A DNA stretch of 64,000 bases from Amoebophrya sp. A120 (lineage: Eukaryota; Protista; Dinoflagellata). The stretch lies in contig CAJINV010000022.1 in assembly GCA_905178155.1 (NCBI GenBank), positions 703,073 to 767,072 on the forward strand, in the 5' to 3' direction. Made by a program: the position numbers and the translations under genes. Positions 57,898-64,000 of this stretch are shown piece after piece; position 1 is the first letter of the stretch; the number at the start of each line of letters is the position of its first letter. The notes beneath the pieces are model-generated. The model did no database searches and was not told the DNA's origin. It saw only the letters and a program-made list of their open reading frames with translations.

Positions 57898-60192
57898 GTC
57901 CACACTCTGGTGCTACTCAAACCTGTCTTCGCTTCTCGTAGGTGACGACTCTTTCAAATCCAGGTGCTTCATGCTGTGTACGAGCAGGCCGTGAAAGCCG
58001 AACTTGTGCTCTGTAGCTCGCTTAAATGTGAGTCTGCAGCCGGCAGAGCAGGAAGCTTCGTGCTCGCTAATGGTCGAAGATGATGAAGAAGTCAAAATGC
58101 TTTACTACTGAATCCTTTTCCAAGTTTCTTTTCATATTTGGCGGTTTTGTGGTTGCGCAAAACAAAGTCGTTGAGCTGATCAATGGTATAAGAAATCACG
58201 AGTACTAAAGACGGGACAAGAATCAAGAAACAAAAAGTAAATAATCCAGTGTCTTGGCTACATGTTCAGTAGTTTTAAAATTCTTCTTTACGGTTGTACT
58301 GTCTTGTTAGATTTTTTTACACGTTTTTTTATTGAAACAATGGCGATGGCCACCGCAACACTAGTAAAGTGACTTCGAGTCAAGGACGATCCGGTGCGAA
58401 ATGACGATATTTACAAATCAGAAAACTTTTCAACCTTTCCGAATCCGTGCAACTGGACTCACGGATGTAGATTAGGCGAAAACTTCATTTATGAATTTGA
58501 TTCACGAGGCGAACATTATTTTTTGATACAGCTGGTTTTCATGGAGCCCGCCCTTCAACACCAGTGGTTGTCGTTTGTCTTTTCACCAACAAAAAATAAT
58601 CAACCAGTGCAAGATAATATATAGTACAGCACAAAGTCTTTACTGTGACGACAGATACGGGGATTTGTGATGCAAAACCTTCACCAACATCACTCAGGTT
58701 TCGAAAAATAAAGGTACAAAAATTTTACACTTTTACGTTGCTTACACCGAGCATGAACAAACAAAAATAGAGTGCACGTGAAGAATTTGAATTCAGCTTC
58801 ATTCAACCGTCAGTAAGCACACTACCGTCGTCCTCCTACTGAGGTCGACGGTGTATTTTTTTATACACACCTGTAGTGCGACGACAAAATCCAAAAATAA
58901 TAAACACTTTTTTCGCTTTTACTTGTTTCGACTAGTAGTTCGAAAGTCGTGTCTACACCACACGACGTGCCCCCCTCTCGTGCAAGGATCAAAGCATCCA
59001 GTCGCGTTTGTTGGGCACCGTTGATTCACCTTTCAATTGCGAAGCTCGAATTTGACCTTTCTTTCTCGCGCATCTACAGGAAAATACGGGGAGTCGAGTG
59101 CCGCTTTGCATATCAGTATCATGTGCTTCCTACGAATAATTGTTGTGGCGAACACCACGACCTTCACTAGGTGGCTGATTAAAAAAAATAGATGCTGCAA
59201 GGGCGGCACAGAAGCCATCTTGTCTATGGGTTGTACCTGTGAAAGCCAGTGCAACAACCATGTCAGTTGCATCCTCGGTCTTCATCGATAAGTACTCCTA
59301 GCCACGGCTTTGCAAAAGTTTCTCTATCGTAGAACCATCCCCTCAACGAAGATTTGTTGTCTCCCACAACTATAGTCTCAGCGCCGCCTGCAGGACGCGT
59401 TCTCGCCATCGCGAATGCAAGCACAGACACTAAAAATCCGCAGCTTCTACGCGCTCGTTTTGTAGGCCTAGTTTTGGTATAGATATCGGATATTGTTTGC
59501 AAATCGTATCAAGGCAATTCGTTTGTGAAACGTAAAAGGGAAAGTAAGTAGCTCATGTAGTAGATCCGATATGGAGTCGCACCAGTTATTGTTATTCTCT
59601 TGAGAAAAATAAAACAGCCATGGCATAATCTACTCCTATGATGCGCACGAGGCTGTATTGTTGTACACCCTTCGTGCGTCGGCAGAATTAGAAGAAAAAA
59701 TGCGTAGGGAAATGTTGATATATTGGCACGGAGTTCATGCTCAAAGAAAACGTCTTTTGGGGCTAAAACGCATCTCCGCGGCACATGAAAAACATCATCA
59801 TCTTCTCGTATCCAAAATGATCTAGCGAAGTATGTGTGTTGCCTCGTTGGAGCGTTGGTTGTTTTCAGTTTCCAGCGCCAACAGGAGGTGTAGGACTTTA
59901 AAAGAAGTCCCGATGTTCTTTTTTTTCTTCACTCTGTGTGTTTTTGTGGCTCTTAATGGGTTATCAAAGATCCTTGTTTCCTCGTTCCGTCGTTCTTAAT
60001 TTCCTGGCTTGTGTAAGTCTACATGCTATCCTTTAACGCAGCACCACGTACGAATTTGGTGAACAACATTACTGACGATCACCCCCAGCAGTTGTACCGT
60101 GGATATTTATTTTTTGTGGTAAGTCCTAATCTGCAGCGAGTGAACGACCCACTTCCTTTGTTGTTTCCTTTTTTCACGCTCCAGGAGTGAAT

Positions 60193-61953
60193 ATGTCGTA
60201 CAATAAGCAGAACGCCCCAAGAGGGCCGTCTATGGGCCCTGCTACTCAGACACGTCCGCGTGAACAGCGTGGGCGGGAAGAGGGCGGACCGCGCTCCTTA
60301 ACCAGGGAACGACTATCAAATGGAAAAATCCCCCCTCCCCATATCGAAAACGAGATTTGTGATGCTGTATTTGAGTACACAAATCGAGTTGTAATGCTAG
60401 AAGGCCAAGAGACGCAGCTGTAGCCTCGTTTGCAGGCAATTTGTCATGCTGTTTCCCACTTCCAGCTGCCCCCTGTCATGCTGAAGATGCAAGGCTTTCC
60501 GACGCCAACCAGCACTACAGTCCGCATCTTTCCCCTTCTAGCATGACAAAGCTGATTTGTGACCACAAATCTGCATCACAAATTTCTAGTTTGAGTATGG
60601 AGTGGGGGGATTTTTCATTTTGATAACGACAACAGCAGATGGTGGCCAAGAGCAGATCCAACAGCGGCCCAGGGATCCGAGATAGAAGCCACGGCGGTGG
60701 AAGTGGTGCTGCTACTGCAGTCGATGCGCGAGTTGTGCTCCCGTCACTGCACTACTTGTACGCGAATGTCGACGTCCAGGAATACGAACTCGCCACGCTG
60801 CTCGCATGGGACCAAGCACTATCAAGTGTAAAAATGTCTGGGTCTGGAAGATTCTGAGACTGGTCATGCACATTCTGCATGAGCCATGAGGTCTAGAATG
60901 CGAGACCTAGCATGACAGATTCTGTGAGATGATCCGTGTCATGCCTATCCTGCATTAGAAACTTCCTCTCAACTTGGTCAAAAGTGGACAGCTTTTGGCA
61001 TTCATGCAACACAGATTTTTGCACGATCCAGAATTAGCATTACAAGTTGCAATCTTCCAGACCCAGACATTTTTGCAATTCATAAGCAGGCCGATATCAC
61101 AACATGCTACTTACGACGATGGATGTTTTTGCCTGCGCTCTGTCTGTCATGCCTTTGTGTTTGCCACGAGCGGGGCCGGTACAAACGAACCGCTGCATGA
61201 CTGCCTCGGAGTGTTTGTATCAGAGTTTTTTGAAGATTTCCCGCCCCTTTCCGTGCTGATAAATTTCGTTTTTCCATGCGCAAATCCGCACCGGGATTGT
61301 TCGTTGGAAGCATGCCAGGCAGCGCAGTCGGACGTTTTTCTTCGCGAAACCCTGTCGGTGCATATCTCATGTCAAATCAGTGTCACAAACCCATTAGATA
61401 CACGCAAGCGGCGCATTTATGTATCTTTCCTGCGAATCATGCGAAGCAACTGCGGTCGGACCACTGCGTGCTTTGCTTTCATACGCTGCGAATGTGATTT
61501 TGATTTTTCCGCGGTGCGTGCTCATGCATTACAAGTCGCCCTTTTAGACAGTGATTTGCCATGCGATACTTACGAAAGCAATTGCTGCAGCTGAGGAAAT
61601 ATCAAATGCAAATATGTCTGGGTCCTCTGGAAGGATGCAACCTTATCGTAGTCATGCTAAGTCTCAATCACAAAAACATCGTGTATTGCATGTGCGCCAA
61701 AAGTTGCCCAGCTCCTGCCAGGAGGTCTCGCTAAATCTCTGATGCTTTTGTGTGCATTCCAGACTGTGTCATGTGCATTCCTGCATACTTCTAGAACCAG
61801 ACATATTTGCAATGCATAGGGACATCTTGGATGACGTTCCGTACAAAGAAGAATACCCTCTAGCGGACCTGGACGCCAAGATACAGATCGTCAGGCACCT
61901 CGAGACACTATGGCTACACGAGACGGAACGGATCACTGATGCATTCAGACAAG
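60193..61953 (+). CDS. Hypothetical multi-exon protein, 3' end unresolved
   Basis: MSYNKQNAPRG...TRER/QQQMVAKS...AWDQA/GRYHNMLL joined across elements; later exon DILDDVPYKEEY... ends at a GT donor. Confidence 0.5.
60314..60625. mobile_element. Introner family E
   Basis: TSD ACGAC/ACGAC; near reverse complement of 7373-7687. Confidence 0.95.
60820..61084. mobile_element. Introner family A
   Basis: TSD AGCAC/AGCAG; frame restored. Confidence 0.92.
61600..61818. mobile_element. Short family A element
   Basis: A-type TIRs; TSD GGAAA/GGGAC. Confidence 0.8.
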
Positions 61954-62547
61954 GTAAAAGTCAATCCTCCACTGATGGTTTTGTTTGGATCTAACATTGA
62001 ATGAGGGGCTAGCTTTTTTCTGTTTGTCATTTTTAGCTGCCCCATGATCTCTTTCTACTTGCGTTGTATCCTCCCAGTCGACAATTTATAAACGCATGAA
62101 GTGTAACGAAGTAGTGGTAGATCATCGCAAAGACAATATAACGCACAGGTACACCCTGCTGCACCGAGACCGAGCACACAGGAGCTGCAGTTGCAGAAGA
62201 AAAAGGATATTACTTCGACGACAACCTCACCCTCGACACTCCGCTTTCCGCCGAGCGAAAACTGCAGGAGCAGGTTGAATTAATCCATGGCAAACCTCCT
62301 GTACTGCCCCAAGACCTGTTAGTAGAGAACACATGTTTATTCTTCTGGAGATTGTCATGCGATCGTCAGAGCGAAACTGGTTGACAAGTGTGCAAGATGT
62401 AGCCCATCGCGACTTTGTGATTAGGTTAAAGCACCACCAGCCGCGATGCTCTTCTTTCCCAAAGCTGTATCACCATGTCTTGGGCTGGCAGGTTGCTTTG
62501 CGTTGCATAAAAATTCGCGCTTCCACAGCCCGGCGATTTCTTCCCTG

Positions 62548-62816
62548 TATTCATTGCACATATCTCTGGGTCTGGAAGAGCTCCAACTTGTCATGCTAGG
62601 TTTGGATCATGCAGAAATCTGTGTTGCATGCTTACCAAAAGTTGATGTCCACTCTTTCCCAACTTGCGAGGGGGCCGTTTCTCATGCAGGATGAGTATAA
62701 TAGAGAGCTCACAGGATCTGTCATGCTACCTGCTGTATTCCAGACCGCATGGGCCATGGAAAATCTGGACGACAAGTGCTACTCCCTTCCAGGCCCAGAC
62801 ATGTTTGCATCTGATA
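62548..62816. mobile_element. Family A element
   Basis: A-type TIRs and body; TSD unclear. Confidence 0.8.
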
Positions 62817-63471
62817 GGACTGGCCGATGCTGGGTAAGGAAACTGTGTACTTATCTTGTTGAATGACGATCCGCACCAGAACGATATTCTATTTTTTTCT
62901 CCAATGATAAGAAACAAATATTTTCTTTCTCAGCGACGATACCACACCGATTTTCGTGTGGTTTAACTGGACGAAACAAATGAGATTTCCTCACCCCAAC
63001 ACAGGTGACCCAGTGTCGTATCTTGTCCTCTACATTAACAAGCTCGTTCTGGACACCGAGATAGCAATCGGGAACTGGATCTACACGCAGTTTTACAACC
63101 CCCTCGCAGCTACGAACCCAATAAGACGGCCTTCTCGCGGAGCAGAAGACGAGATGTGCACTATTGTCAGCAAAACTCTACTCCAACTCCATGCAACTTG
63201 AAAGGGTAGTTATTTGTGGTGCGCGTTTTGGGTACAGAAGTCAACTTGTGTCGCATGAATCGAGCACCAGATGGACTTTCAGTCACATTCTTGCTTTGCG
63301 TATCTGACTTTTGGAGCTGTGCGGGTAGCTACAACAGGGGCGTCTGTCATGCCGAATAGGTTTGAATTCTATTCCAGGTCCAGACAAGCGGAGCACTTGC
63401 ATCAAATAAACCCATCTGCCGTCGGGCTGCAATGCAAATTGGATTGTGTACACAAATCTGCGGTGCCACAC

Positions 63472-63682
63472 TATGGGATTCTCGAACGTTACATTCTCAA
63501 CTCTTACATGATTTGTCATGCAAAATTACCACTGCGCATGACAAATTCTGAGAGGGCTAAACAGCACTATAATCCGCACCAAACCTTAATGCAAGACGCG
63601 CAAGGTTCTCCCTCCCACCTGTGCTAGTCTTGCATTGCAAATTCATGTAACAGTTGAGAATGTAACGTTTGAGAACGCCATA
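63472..63682. mobile_element. Family F element
   Basis: TIR tatgggattctcgaacgttacattctcaact; TSD CACAC/CACAC. Confidence 0.93.
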
Positions 63683-63769
63683 CACACCCTTGCCATTTTG
63701 CAGTGGGCGATTTTTCATTTGCATAGCGCCGTTGGACATCGGATCTCGAATTAAAAAGGAAAAGGAGAG

Positions 63770-64000
63770 TATCAACCTCAAATATGTCGGGGTCTGAAAG
63801 GTGCGACTTGTGATGCCGTCTCTGGGTTGTACAAAAATCTGTATTGCATTAGTAGCAACAAGAACGAAGTTTTTGCTGTGGGGAGAGGACAGTTCTCGTC
63901 ATCCGGAATACTCAAGCATCAGCAAATCTGTGATGCTATGCCATGAATTACGGGCATCATGGGCCAAGGCCATGCGAAATATGCATGACAAACCTGGCAA
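63770..64000. mobile_element. Family A element truncated by the window end
   Basis: A-type left end and body. Confidence 0.8.

Noticed and set aside
4527-62917. Recurrent peptides MSGSG, LPDPDIF, CKNVWVWK and FQTQTFL in the ORF track
   Set aside because: They are translations of the family A TIR in different frames, not a protein family.

Overview
This is eukaryotic genomic DNA containing a block of protein genes, all of those I could reconstruct on the + strand. The genes are interrupted by about 65 short (mostly 150-330 bp) non-coding elements from roughly ten families (my labels A-J). Nearly all start TAT (a few TAC) and end ATA, carry terminal inverted repeats (TIRs), and are flanked by a 5-bp target-site duplication (TSD). 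They have no consistent GT-AG ends. Removing the element plus one 5-nt TSD copy restores the reading frame at nearly every junction I translated by hand, including 17 in a row in a CLU-domain gene, in either element orientation and even where the TSD copies no longer match. They therefore behave as transposon-derived non-canonical introns (introners). This resembles the IR/DR-bounded introns known from the parasitic dinoflagellate Amoebophrya; that organism assignment is an inference. Ordinary GT-AG introns coexist in the same genes. Six otherwise unrelated families share an internal TTGTNATGC motif. Elements nest, abut, leave micro-exons of 6 nt or less, and one splits a stop codon. Other features are a 69-bp satellite (1-2930), a palindromic 222-bp higher-order satellite heading a repeat cluster (32.2-35.5 kb), and a gene flanked by 235-300 bp direct repeats. 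I recognised no transposase. All gene models are hand-assembled and need transcript confirmation.
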